Origin: Candidatus Micrarchaeaceae archaeon
Lineage (GTDB): Archaea > Micrarchaeota > Micrarchaeia > Micrarchaeales > CABMGC01
Reading direction: 5' to 3'
Length of the DNA: 40,318 nt
Assembly: GCA_038878295.1 (NCBI GenBank)
Contig: JAVZVY010000004.1
Coordinates: 1-40,318, forward strand
This document shows, piece by piece, positions 8,854 through 18,075 of the stretch (position 1 is its first letter; every line of letters begins with the position of its first letter). The translations under genes were made by a program, and so were the position numbers. The notes beneath the pieces were generated by a model. It was not told the origin of the DNA. It worked only from the letters and a program-made list of their open reading frames with translations, and ran no database searches.

Positions 8854-10659
8854 TCACCTTCTGCTTTTTCGGCTTGAAGGTGTGGAAGCTTCTTGAACGC
8901 GCGTTTCTTCGCTTGATCTGAGCATGTAAACAATCAGAAGCACAAGTATTCCGAAAAGGATCGCTGTCATCACCACCATAATCGCATAGAGCTGCTGGAT
9001 TTGCTGCTCTATCTCATCCAGTTGGCCTGATGGAAGTGCATATGACGGAGCGCTCACCAGAGCCGATGATATGATTTTGTTGTCAGCTGCAAGGGATTTG
9101 CCAAGAAGAGACGTAGCGTAGGCATTTTGAAGCAGGCTGTACGCCTTGCTTGAGTTTGACTGCATCCTTGCTTCGTTCAGATAAAACTGAGCCTGCAAAG
9201 CGTATTGCTGCGGCCAAATTCCGAATGTGGAATTAGCTACGTTTGCTTCTGAGATGTTGTATAGCTGCGCTGCTGTGAGATTGTTTGTGGTGTTTCCCAG
9301 AATGCTTGCATACGTGGCCGAATAAAGCGCGGCAGCGTAGTTGCCGCTTTTGTACTCGTTTTCAGCTGCTTGCAAGTATATGTTTAGACCGTAGTTGCTT
9401 GCTGACTGCATAGCCTGCGCGGCATAGCTTTGCAGAGTCGGCGATACCGTGACAGGCGTACCGTTCATGCTTGAAGCTAGCGAATAAAGCTCGTTCGCGG
9501 CTTTGCACCATCCGTAGGCTTCGGCGTCGCTACTTAGGGCTTCTATCACTGTGTCTGTGGTTTCGACATTGCTTAGAGCGCCTTCGACGGAGCCTAGCGT
9601 TATGTTGGCCCAGTCAGACCTTAGCTCGCCGCCAATTACGTATTGGTAGTTGTTTGCATTGAGCTGCGGAGTGATTGTAGAAGCGCAGTAATTCGATATT
9701 TTGGACGTAACATTTGACGCATTCGCTGTTGTGAAGTTGTTAGCGTTATCAAGCACGAATGCATCGCTGTAGAGCAGAAATGAAAAGTCTGCAGCGGTGT
9801 AATCGTAGCCTTTTTTGGCTATTTGCATGTATTGGCTCATGAGATTCTGCATCTGGGCTTTTGCCGAAGAAAACTTCGGGCTTATGCTGTTGACGGCGCT
9901 GTTTGTGAAGTTAAGAGTGAACCCGGTAAGCGCATTGAACGCGGTTACGTTGCAGTTTGTGCATGTTAGGCTTGCGTTCGGCAATGCATTTACGTTGTAA
10001 TTTGTATAGATAGAAAAGCCAAGAGGATGAGGCTTGCTGAATCCATAAGCGTAGCCAAGAGCCTGCGAAATGTTTGCAACCTCAACTATAGGTATTGAAT
10101 ACTGCTGCTGCGAAACATAGTAAATGAGATTTTCAAAACTGCCATTTTGTGCTGCAGGCAACATCACGAAGCTTAGATTCTTCGATTTTGCCGCGCCAAC
10201 CTTGTCGTATACGCCGCCTATCACGCCCACCGAGCCGTCAGGCGATATCGTGCCGCTGAGCGTGAAATTGTGGATGAGCGGCTGGCCTGTGAGAGCTGAA
10301 ATTGCAAGAATCGTGAAGGCCATTCCTGCGCTGGGTCCAGAAACACTTATGTTCTTGTCCTCAATCGTGTATGTAAAATTGTAATAGTGCTCATTGAGGC
10401 CCAGATATGCGGTTGCGTATGCCACGGCCGTCTGCGCAGAAAGCAGAGTGCTTGATCCGACAGATGCTGGTCCGACCACAGATACTGAACCATCGCCACT
10501 AGTGACATTTAGGAATATTGTGGTAAGCGTGCCTTGGTTTGTAGAGGTTATTACCGCAGGAGCGAAGATGTATGCGCTGCCAAATGCGGCTTGCGTTGTG
10601 TATTGAAATCCCACTGAAAGCAAAAGCGCTGATAAAAATATTTTTGCTTTGAGGTCCAT
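8854..10659 (-). CDS. Secreted/membrane-anchored S16 (Lon-like) serine protease
   Basis: Signal peptide; VSGPSAG (catalytic Ser); LSGTISPDGSVGVIGGVYDK (catalytic Lys); C-terminal TM. Confidence 0.85.
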   Translation of the reverse strand: MDLKAKIFLSALLLSVGFQYTTQAAFGSAYIFAPAVITSTNQGTLTTIFLNVTSGDGSVSVVGPASVGSSTLLSAQTAVAYATAYLGLNEHYYNFTYTIEDKNISVSGPSAGMAFTILAISALTGQPLIHNFTLSGTISPDGSVGVIGGVYDKVGAAKSKNLSFVMLPAAQNGSFENLIYYVSQQQYSIPIVEVANISQALGYAYGFSKPHPLGFSIYTNYNVNALPNASLTCTNCNVTAFNALTGFTLNFTNSAVNSISPKFSSAKAQMQNLMSQYMQIAKKGYDYTAADFSFLLYSDAFVLDNANNFTTANASNVTSKISNYCASTITPQLNANNYQYVIGGELRSDWANITLGSVEGALSNVETTDTVIEALSSDAEAYGWCKAANELYSLASSMNGTPVTVSPTLQSYAAQAMQSASNYGLNIYLQAAENEYKSGNYAAALYSATYASILGNTTNNLTAAQLYNISEANVANSTFGIWPQQYALQAQFYLNEARMQSNSSKAYSLLQNAYATSLLGKSLAADNKIISSALVSAPSYALPSGQLDEIEQQIQQLYAIMVVMTAILFGILVLLIVYMLRSSEETRVQEASTPSSRKSRR

Positions 10660-10746
10660 GTGATTTTTTCGCTATTAAAGTATAAATTTCTTTTTGTTAT
10701 TTTAGCTTTTTTGCACGATGCATAGGCCGGCCAAAGATGCCTTGCT

Positions 10747-12012
10747 TCATTTGGCAAAATCTGGCAAGGTGTTCTGCATGCCGCGCCTGGGCTTCTTTAT
10801 TCTATTCATTATGTCAACAATCCCGAAAACGCCATCGTAGCCCGGTATGAGGTTCACATGCCCAGTTCGCATGTTTTCTATGGCTGTTGCCAAACCGCTA
10901 TCGACTTTTGCAATGCTTTCGATTGGCGCATTTAGGATAACGCCGAACTCGCTGCCGAACTTCTTTATGAGCTCCTCGTATATTTTATCGACAGCGGCTG
11001 AGAACTTGCTTTTTTTCAAGACGTATGCTATCGCTTCCTTGAGAGGCACAGCGTGTACGTACGGCACAGCGTCCTTCGGAATGTAGCCAGCAGGCCTGTC
11101 GGCAAGGTCCTCTACCCTGTGCATCACGCCTATGACAAGCCTTTTGCCGCATACGGGGCATATGTTGTTGTACTTAAGCGATTCTTCGGGGCTAAGAGAA
11201 ACGTTGCAGTTTCTGTGACCGTCAAAATGGTATTTGCCTTCCTCGGGATAGAATTCTATGGTCATCTTGAATCTTTTTTTGTCCTTGCTTTTTATTGCGC
11301 TTATTATTTCAGAATAAGAAAGCTTTTCGCGCTCTATTTCAAAGACGTTTGCCTCCCTGCCTAGGTTTGGCAACGAATGCGCGTCGCTGTTTGAAACAAG
11401 AGCGTACCTGTCGAGTTTTGACAAGCGCCAGTTCATCGGCGGATCAGAGCTAAGACCGGTCTCAAGCGCGTGTATGCGCGCGGCCTGGTCGCCGTACGCG
11501 TCCTCTATCGAATCGAAGCCTGATATTGAGCCGAGCACGCCGTAAAATGGCGTCCATGCATGGGCTGGGAAGACAAAGGCGTTTTCGCTTATGCCGTGCA
11601 TAATTTCTACAAGCTCGGCAGCGCTCATTTTCAGAGTTGGCCTGCCATCTACGCTGAGGTCCCCAAACTTCGACAGAACGTCGTTCGCCTGTTCCGCCAC
11701 TTCTATGCTGTCTACAAGTATGCAGTTGTGAATCTTTCTTGTCTTGCCGCCGGCATCAAACACGTTTGAAACTTCGACGCTAAGCACGAACCTTGTGTTT
11801 TGGCTGCCGTCTCTATAGGCATATAGGCCTTCCTCTCTTTCCTTGAGGTTGTTTTTTATCTCTCTAAGCCACAACGGGTGTGTAAAGTCGCCAGTGCCGA
11901 GTATAGAGATGCCTTTCTGCGCAGCGGTGTATGCCATGCTCTGCAGGTCTATGTCCTGGCTGCACGCTCGCGAATACCTTGAATGAACATGCAAATCAGC
12001 TATGAATTCCAG
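10747..12012 (-). CDS. Endonuclease Q family (PHP domain plus Zn finger) DNA repair endonuclease
   Basis: ADLHVHSRYS, GTGDFTHP, PAHAWTP, ETGLSSDP, NSDAHS..LGREAN, GKYHFDGHRNC, CPVCG, PGYDGVFG motifs. Start extended to CTG 12012; the ORF track starts at TTG 11994. Confidence 0.9.
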   Translation of the reverse strand: MEFIADLHVHSRYSRACSQDIDLQSMAYTAAQKGISILGTGDFTHPLWLREIKNNLKEREEGLYAYRDGSQNTRFVLSVEVSNVFDAGGKTRKIHNCILVDSIEVAEQANDVLSKFGDLSVDGRPTLKMSAAELVEIMHGISENAFVFPAHAWTPFYGVLGSISGFDSIEDAYGDQAARIHALETGLSSDPPMNWRLSKLDRYALVSNSDAHSLPNLGREANVFEIEREKLSYSEIISAIKSKDKKRFKMTIEFYPEEGKYHFDGHRNCNVSLSPEESLKYNNICPVCGKRLVIGVMHRVEDLADRPAGYIPKDAVPYVHAVPLKEAIAYVLKKSKFSAAVDKIYEELIKKFGSEFGVILNAPIESIAKVDSGLATAIENMRTGHVNLIPGYDGVFGIVDIMNRIKKPRRGMQNTLPDFAK

Positions 12013-12048
12013 CGTACCACCGAGCTACATAAAAAAACAAATCGCGGG

Positions 12049-12705
12049 TCATTTGCTGGCCTTTACGCCATTCTTCGGGCATATGGCGTTTATGACGCAT
12101 CTGCTGCACAGCGGCGCTTGCGAGTGGCATATTTTGTGGCCGTGCGACTTTAGCACATAGGCTATGTTGTGCCAGTACTTCTTGTCGATGACCTGCATGA
12201 GTTTTTCTTCTATCTTTTCCGGATCTTGGGATTCGGTTATACCTATCCTATAAGAAAGCTTTATCACCCACGTGTCGACAGGTATGCCTTCCACTATGCC
12301 GTATGCATTTATTAGTATGGTGTTAGCTGTCTTGCGGCCTATTCCCGGCAGCTCCACGAGCTCGTCCATTTTGTTTGGAACCTTGCCATTGTATTTGTCT
12401 ACGATTATTCTGCAAGCCTTAATTATGTTTTCTGCCTTTTTGCCTGCGAAACTTACGTTGCCTATGTACTTGAGAAGCTCTTCAGGCTTTGCGCCGGCGT
12501 AGTCTTTGGCTGTTTTGAAATGTTTGAAAAGTTCCGGAGTTGCGGCATTGACTACCTCGTCGTGCGTCTGCGCTGAGATTAGCGCCGCAACGAGCAGCTC
12601 GATTGGAGTTGAAAAATTAAGGTAATATTTGGCATTAGGGTACTCCTTTTCCAATGCTGACACTGCGTCCCTTATTTTGTCGTCGCTAAGCTGCTTGAAA
12701 GCCAT
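12049..12705 (-). CDS. nth: Endonuclease III (HhH-GPD glycosylase with 4Fe-4S cluster)
   Basis: LLVAALISAQT, LPGIGRKTAN, IPVDT and C-x6-C-x2-C-x5-C (CHSQAPLCSRCVINAIC). Confidence 0.93.
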   Translation of the reverse strand: MAFKQLSDDKIRDAVSALEKEYPNAKYYLNFSTPIELLVAALISAQTHDEVVNAATPELFKHFKTAKDYAGAKPEELLKYIGNVSFAGKKAENIIKACRIIVDKYNGKVPNKMDELVELPGIGRKTANTILINAYGIVEGIPVDTWVIKLSYRIGITESQDPEKIEEKLMQVIDKKYWHNIAYVLKSHGHKICHSQAPLCSRCVINAICPKNGVKASK

Positions 12706-12709
12706 TTTA

Positions 12710-13204
12710 TCAGCCCAATTTGTAGCCTATGTCACGGAGAAGCTTTCTTCTCTTGGACCTGTCGGCCTCGCCTTCTACGCCCTTGGCCTTTCCGCCATCA
12801 GCGATGCCAACCACCGCTGATGCTTCGCCAAGATCTGCGACTATGACCTTCACTGGGTTCGAGGTTGCGCAGTATATTGATGAGACTTCACTTACAGCCT
12901 TGACACTGTTAAGCACGTTTATAGGATATGCGTTCTTGAACATTATCACAAACGTGTGGCCCGCGCCTATAGCCCTTGCATTTTTCTCAGCCAGCGACAC
13001 AAGCGACGCGTCGTTTCCCTCGCTTCTCACCAAGCATGGACCGCTCGCCTCGACGAAAGCCACGCCGAACTTAACCCCGGGCACAGCGCCGGACATCGCC
13101 TCATAGAGGTCCTCTGCGGTCTTTATGAAACCGGCATGCCCTATTATGACCTGGGTTTCATCGTCCTTCTCTATGCTCACGGCGTTTATCTCCATAAGCA
13201 TCAA
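12710..13204 (-). CDS. Adenosine-specific kinase family protein (DUF355/COG1839)
   Basis: GHAGFIKTAEDLYE, FGVAFVEASGPCLVRSEGND, AGHTF, AYPINVLN, CATSNP, RKLLRDIGYK motifs. Confidence 0.85.
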   Translation of the reverse strand: MMLMEINAVSIEKDDETQVIIGHAGFIKTAEDLYEAMSGAVPGVKFGVAFVEASGPCLVRSEGNDASLVSLAEKNARAIGAGHTFVIMFKNAYPINVLNSVKAVSEVSSIYCATSNPVKVIVADLGEASAVVGIADGGKAKGVEGEADRSKRRKLLRDIGYKLG

Positions 13205-13253
13205 TTAGGAATTGCACAGATACAAATAAGAATTTTAGCGTTCGAATAGATTC

Positions 13254-13625
13254 ATGCCATCGGTAGCAACAATCATGCACAAGCACATTGTCGGGGTAGC
13301 TCCGGAAACTAAGCTTTACACGGCGCTTAAGCTTACCAAAAACAGCGCCGTTTCGGTACTGCCTGTGCTTAAAAATGGAAAACTTGTCGGTATTATCACA
13401 AGAAAGGATATTGAGAACGCGTTGGCAAAAGGCACGAGCGACGGCGCAGAAGTTGGCACGCTTATGAAGAAACCTGTTTTTGTTGAGCTCGACTCAAGCA
13501 TAGATGAAGCTGCTGAAATTATGATTAAGCATAGGATAACCAGGCTGCCGGTCGTGAACAGCAAAAAGGAGATGATCTGCAACGGCATCGTGAGCTCTTC
13601 GGACGTTGTTGCCGCTAAGGCTTAA
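13254..13625 (+). CDS. CBS domain pair protein
   Basis: LPVLKNGKLVGIITRKDI and RLPVV...GIVSSSDV form two CBS repeats. Confidence 0.9.
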   Translation: MPSVATIMHKHIVGVAPETKLYTALKLTKNSAVSVLPVLKNGKLVGIITRKDIENALAKGTSDGAEVGTLMKKPVFVELDSSIDEAAEIMIKHRITRLPVVNSKKEMICNGIVSSSDVVAAKA

Positions 13626-13647
13626 GAAAAAAAGGAAAAATAGAAAT

Positions 13648-13959
13648 TTACCTTGTTAGGATTATCTGTATCGAGCTCACTTTGGATTTTGTCCCATCCT
13701 CGTTTGAGAGCTCCTCAGTGCCTATCGATATGCTGCCAACCTTTGCATCAGCTATGAACCTGTTTCTGGTTATCTCTGCTATATCGACAGCCCTAGAGAT
13801 TGTATTGCCTCTTGCTTTTATTGTCACTGACCTTGCGCCGTTGTTGAACTGCGTGACAACAGCAAGGACGTAGTTCATGGCTGACTTCTTACCGACATAC
13901 ACCACGTTCTCAGGTATATGCTCTGCGTTCCCTTCTGCGTTTTCTATTTTGTCGGACAT
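13648..13959 (-). CDS. albA: DNA/RNA-binding protein Alba
   Basis: [44 protein letters not shown] motifs. Confidence 0.95.
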   Translation of the reverse strand: MSDKIENAEGNAEHIPENVVYVGKKSAMNYVLAVVTQFNNGARSVTIKARGNTISRAVDIAEITRNRFIADAKVGSISIGTEELSNEDGTKSKVSSIQIILTR

Positions 13960-14036
13960 ATTTACACCTGTTTGTTACTTGCATTACTAGATAATTATCA
14001 CGATTTTACTATTTAAATCTTGCTGTGGCTCGCTTC

Positions 14037-14510
14037 TCAATGCCTGCCGTGGCGAATCCCAGCCACAGCCTCTTTTATAGATGACTTTTTAATCACCTGC
14101 GCCTTTATCGCTTCTGCCTCGATATTCTTTTCCTTAGCTATGCGGTCAGCCTGTCTGAGCTTGTTCGCGTAGACATTGTATGCAGTTTTAGCCGCAGCAA
14201 GCGCATCGCGCTCGTGGATGTTTTCCAAGTTTATGCCCTTCGATGCATCTTTCTTTTTTTCAACGCTTATGTCCGCTTCTGGCGCATAGAGTACGGCACC
14301 GAAGATCGCAGAAATCTTGCTTATCGTTTTGCCTACTTTCTTTTTATCAGAAGCCACAATTATCGGAGTGCCAACGCGATTTATTCTCTCTACAAACCAA
14401 TCTGTGCCTACGGAAATGCCATAATCGAGGTATGCAACACGCCCGTCGAGAGTCAAGCAGGCTATCGCCGCGGTTTTTCCTGGGTCTATGCCTACTATTA
14501 TATAGCTCAT
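14037..14510 (-). CDS. DUF460 family protein (RNase H-like N-terminal domain only)
   Basis: IIVGIDPGKTAAIA.L.LDG, GTPIIVASD, DISVEKK, HERDALAAA motifs. Confidence 0.8.
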   Translation of the reverse strand: MSYIIVGIDPGKTAAIACLTLDGRVAYLDYGISVGTDWFVERINRVGTPIIVASDKKKVGKTISKISAIFGAVLYAPEADISVEKKKDASKGINLENIHERDALAAAKTAYNVYANKLRQADRIAKEKNIEAEAIKAQVIKKSSIKEAVAGIRHGRH

Positions 14511-14515
14511 TCAAT

Positions 14516-15592
14516 CTAGCATAAAGTGCTGTTGGCGTAGCATATGCCGTTTACAGCGGTCTGCGGTAGCGTCATGTATTCGCAGTTGACTATGTCAACA
14601 GGCGTAGAGGTTATGTTGTAATATTCTGCAAGCAGCGCTTGCCTGTTCATTATGGTTGTTGAGTTAGCGATGCAACTGTCAAGATCCGTTATGTTAAGCG
14701 AGGATTCCCTTGCTATTGTCATAAGCGTTTGGTTAGACATGTAAGATCCAGAATATGCAGCATACAGGTTTGTGGCGAATCTTGAAAAATTGCTCTGCGT
14801 TGAAGCGCACAGCACATACTTTGAAAGCGCCTCAGCGTTGAGCTGGCCGAATCTTGAGCCTATAAGCGATGAATAGGCTCCATAAAGCACTTTTACAGAA
14901 ACGTTGACTTTGCCGCCGAACCTGCTTTGTATGCTTGTTGCGTTAAGCAGGCTGGCTATGCTTCCAGGAGCATATGGGTCAATGAACCAAAAAACTTGCA
15001 ATGGATACTGGCTCTGGCATGCGAACTTGCCATTTACTGCTATCACGCCCTGTGACACGACCCTATTCGGAATTATTTTGGATGGCATTATGGTTTGCAG
15101 GTAAGGAGTGGCGTTCAGCGTTGTTCCGTTTATCAGAAGATAAAACATAAAGCGCGTGCCAGTAGCGGGATTTGTTGCAGGTATGGTTGCGAGCCAGCTG
15201 CCCTCACTAGGCAAGTAAGCGTAGCTTGCGTTTTTTATGTCGGAAAAATAAGCAAGCAGAGATAGCGAGCTATTTAAATAGGCGTAGCTAGCAAGAACCC
15301 TTTCGGCTTGAGCTTCGACTTCGGAAACGTTGTGCAAAGGCACCACGCATTTTCCATTCTGCAGGCCATATGTGCAGTTCAGCGGCTGCGTCGAATTCGT
15401 CACGTTTCTTATTAGCACAACAGGCTTTGAGTACGAAACCACAAGCAACAGCGCTACCAGTATCGCTGCGAGCACTATGAGCGAGATGTGTATTGTATCG
15501 AGATAACCGAATCTGCCCAGTTTTTTGACTACGAGCTCAGGCTCTTTTGCATTTTCATTTTTTTGTTTTTTTGCCTTTGCAATTTCAGCCAT
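14516..15592 (-). CDS. Membrane-anchored extracellular protein with DsbA/thioredoxin-like domain lacking CxxC
   Basis: N-terminal TM. FIDPYAPGS occupies the usual CxxC position. LDSC...YNITSTP cis-Pro loop is typical of DsbA-like folds. Confidence 0.6.
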   Translation of the reverse strand: MAEIAKAKKQKNENAKEPELVVKKLGRFGYLDTIHISLIVLAAILVALLLVVSYSKPVVLIRNVTNSTQPLNCTYGLQNGKCVVPLHNVSEVEAQAERVLASYAYLNSSLSLLAYFSDIKNASYAYLPSEGSWLATIPATNPATGTRFMFYLLINGTTLNATPYLQTIMPSKIIPNRVVSQGVIAVNGKFACQSQYPLQVFWFIDPYAPGSIASLLNATSIQSRFGGKVNVSVKVLYGAYSSLIGSRFGQLNAEALSKYVLCASTQSNFSRFATNLYAAYSGSYMSNQTLMTIARESSLNITDLDSCIANSTTIMNRQALLAEYYNITSTPVDIVNCEYMTLPQTAVNGICYANSTLC

Positions 15593-15602
15593 TTAAGCAC
15601 CT

Positions 15603-15700
15603 CGGGCCCGACGGGATTCCCACATCTGGGTATGGATGTTTTGAACCCGCGACCATCACCTTAGGACGGTGCTGCTCTGTCCAAGCTGAGCTACGGGCCC
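15603..15700 (-). tRNA. tRNA-Arg(CCT) with a 23-nt intron in the T-loop (position 59/60, 15617-15639)
   Basis: Minus strand: GGGCCCG TA GCTC..GAGC A GCACC GT CCT AA GGTGA TGGTC GCGGG TTCAAA [ACATCCATACCCAGATGTGGGAA] T CCCGT CGGGCCC G. The junctions form a BHB motif. Confidence 0.9.
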
Positions 15701-15780
15701 TTGAGGTATATACGCATAAAACAATAATAAAACTTTGCTGCAACATAAGGTATTTTATTGCTTGGCTGAGTCATATGCAC

Positions 15781-16344
15781 ATGAATGAAATAAATTTTGT
15801 GACAAGCAACAGGAACAAGTTCGAGGAAATTAGGCTGCTCGGCGAAAAGCGAGGCATAAAGGTAAACTGGCTGAATCAGGCGAAATTCGAAATACAATCC
15901 TATATTATAGACAGCATAGCCGAGCTCGGAGCGATAGCCGCGTTCTCAGCTTTGCTGGTCCCGCTTATAGTAGAAGACACAGGCCTGTTCATAGATTCGC
16001 TTAACGGCTTTCCGGGCCCGTATGCCGCGCAGGTCTACAAAAGTGTAGGCTTGAACGGAGTTTTGAAGCTTCTGGAGGGCGCGCGGGACAGGAGTGCAAG
16101 ATTCGAAACGGTAATATGCTATGCTAGCGAAAGCGATTTGAAACTCTTCAAGGGCGTTACGAAAGGCACCATAGCAAACAGCATAAGCAATGGCAGAAAT
16201 TTCGGCTACGATCCGATATTCATACCAGAAGGCAAGGAAAAGACTCTGGCCGAGCTCGGCATTGATGAGAAGAACAAGCTTTCGCACAGGGCCAAGGCGT
16301 TCAACGCCTTTGCCGACTATTTCCTTGAGAAGGATAGCTACTGA
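15781..16344 (+). CDS. rdgB: Non-canonical purine NTP (ITP/XTP) pyrophosphatase, RdgB/HAM1 family
   Basis: FVTSNRNKFEE, VEDTGL.IDSLNGFPGPY, FGYDPIF, KNKLSHRAKA motifs. Start at 15781 or 15775; the longer ORF runs across the tRNA. Confidence 0.93.
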   Translation: MNEINFVTSNRNKFEEIRLLGEKRGIKVNWLNQAKFEIQSYIIDSIAELGAIAAFSALLVPLIVEDTGLFIDSLNGFPGPYAAQVYKSVGLNGVLKLLEGARDRSARFETVICYASESDLKLFKGVTKGTIANSISNGRNFGYDPIFIPEGKEKTLAELGIDEKNKLSHRAKAFNAFADYFLEKDSY

Positions 16345-17399
16345 TCCGCAAATATCTCTCTGAGCCTTCGCATGGGCTCGCTGTCAAAATGCTTTCTTAT
16401 AGGATCTATTATCTTGCCAAGCTCCTCTGCCACTGAAGCTTTGAGATCCTGAGGATGTATTTTGCCTTTGATGTATTCCGATTCAAGCTCTGCATACGAA
16501 GCGAATGTTACAGTGCCGCCGTACTTGCTCTCGCGATCTATAGTGAATTCCTTGCGCTCGTGGAATATTATGTATTTCGCTATTTCAAGAACTGGATTCA
16601 TTTCAGCCTGCTTCTCTGGGCACCACGCCTTTGCAAGCTTATCTTTTATCTGCTCATTCGAATCGTGTATAAATATTGCTGTCCATGGCTTGCTCTTGCT
16701 CATCTTTGCGGCGACAACCCTATCAAGCTTGTCTCCTGACGTTACTTCACCGGGCTTTGCGAGGCCGGCCAGCAGATGATGATGCAGGGCAACGGGCTTT
16801 TTCCAGCCGAGCTTTGGGAATATGTCTCTTGCAAGCATGTGGACTTTTCGCTGATCCATGCCGCCATGAGGAAAATCTTCGCCCAAGTATTTCACGTCAA
16901 CGGCCTGCATCGGCGGGTATATGTACTGCGCCACATCCAAAGATTCGCTCTCGCTCCTGCCCATTATTGTGACACATCGCTTCGCCCTTGAAAGTGTTAC
17001 GTTTGAAGAGAATCTCATTATGTCTTTCCAGTATTCGTCGTTGTTGTGGTATAGATCTGAGCCAAGAACTATTTTTGCCTTCGGGGCGAAGAATTTGAAC
17101 GCCTCCCTGAAGTACTCGGAAGCTTTTATTATGCGCTCCCAGTCGCCACCAAGCTTCTTGTTTATGAAGCTGTGCCAATCTGCGAGATAGACAGTTGTTT
17201 CAATGCCGGCATTAGCAAAGTCGTTAAGCTTGTAGCCGCTTATCAGAAGCGAGCCTATATGCAGCAAGCCAGAAATTTCGTAGCCTATGTAATGCTTGGG
17301 CCTGGCTTCCGTTTCCAGAACAGACTTGAGCTCGGCTTCTGTAACCACCTCTTCAAGAGGCGGGGCCTTTATCAGATTTATCTTTGTGTCTATGTCCAT
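16338..17399 (-). CDS. tyrS: Tyrosine--tRNA ligase (archaeal type)
   Basis: HYIGYEISGLLHIGS (HIGH), YLADWHS, YPPMQAVD, GGMDQRKVH, KMSKS, HPQDLK motifs. Start at ATG 17399 (MDIDTK). Confidence 0.95.
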   Translation of the reverse strand: MDIDTKINLIKAPPLEEVVTEAELKSVLETEARPKHYIGYEISGLLHIGSLLISGYKLNDFANAGIETTVYLADWHSFINKKLGGDWERIIKASEYFREAFKFFAPKAKIVLGSDLYHNNDEYWKDIMRFSSNVTLSRAKRCVTIMGRSESESLDVAQYIYPPMQAVDVKYLGEDFPHGGMDQRKVHMLARDIFPKLGWKKPVALHHHLLAGLAKPGEVTSGDKLDRVVAAKMSKSKPWTAIFIHDSNEQIKDKLAKAWCPEKQAEMNPVLEIAKYIIFHERKEFTIDRESKYGGTVTFASYAELESEYIKGKIHPQDLKASVAEELGKIIDPIRKHFDSEPMRRLREIFADQ

Positions 17400-17474
17400 A
17401 AAAGCCAATGATAATTCAAGCTTAAGATTTATAGCGGTTGTGTATGGCGCTTGCGAATTGCGGGACGCGCTGAC

Positions 17475-18032
17475 TAGGATGTTGACAAATATTAAATCCT
17501 TAACCCCCACCCATTTTTAACGATTAGGTCATGCAACACAGCAACAGTAGGAAGGGACTATTCTTTGGATATAAGCCACATGTTATTGTAGATGCGGATA
17601 CTGGTGCATCGCTTGCTGTGGATTTGATTCCTGCAAACACTAACGACAAGAAGATGTTCGCATATTGTACAACAAAGTGAAGAATGGCTTTGTGCTGCAG
17701 TATGGCGCGAAGTTTCTCGCAGATGCGCAATACCATTCATCAAAGATATACGAACAACTGCGCTATGACGGCATAACGCCTGTTATTCCAAGAAGTGGAA
17801 ACAAATATCTCAAGACAGTAGAGCCGAAAGACCCAGACTATGGAAAGAGGTGGGCTGTGGAGCATCTCTTTTCAAGACTAAAAGAAATGTTTGGTCTTGC
17901 AAAGAACAGATTTATAGACATAAAGATGGTCACAATCCATGTATTTTCATGCCTTCTTGCAAACTTGCTGGAATACGTGATGCGATGGCCTTGTATTTGA
18001 AGAGGGGATTATATGTGAATGTCAACTTCCTA
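17475..18032 (+). mobile_element. 558-bp defective insertion sequence with TIRs and 8-bp TSD
   Basis: Left TIR TAGGATGTTGACA (17475-17487) and right TIR TGTCAACTTCCTA (18020-18032) match 12/13. Direct repeat GCGCTGAC sits at 17467-17474 and 18033-18040. Contains DDE transposase remnants. Confidence 0.88.
17531..18000 (+). pseudogene. Truncated, frameshifted DDE transposase (DDE_Tnp_1-like, IS4/IS5/IS982-type)
   Basis: 17531-17680 encodes ...FFGYKPHVIVDADTGASLAVDLIPANTND. After a frameshift near 17660, 17665-18000 encodes FLADAQY...YGKRWAVEHLFSRLK. The N-terminal HTH and first catalytic Asp are missing. Confidence 0.85.
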
Positions 18033-18075
18033 GCGCTGACGCTGTGCAAAGAAGTATTAAAAGGCGCAATATAGC

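Noticed and set aside
15547..15774. N-terminal extension of the RdgB ORF
   Set aside because: It overlaps tRNA-Arg and the neighbouring gene on the opposite strand. Family homology begins at MNEINFVTSN.
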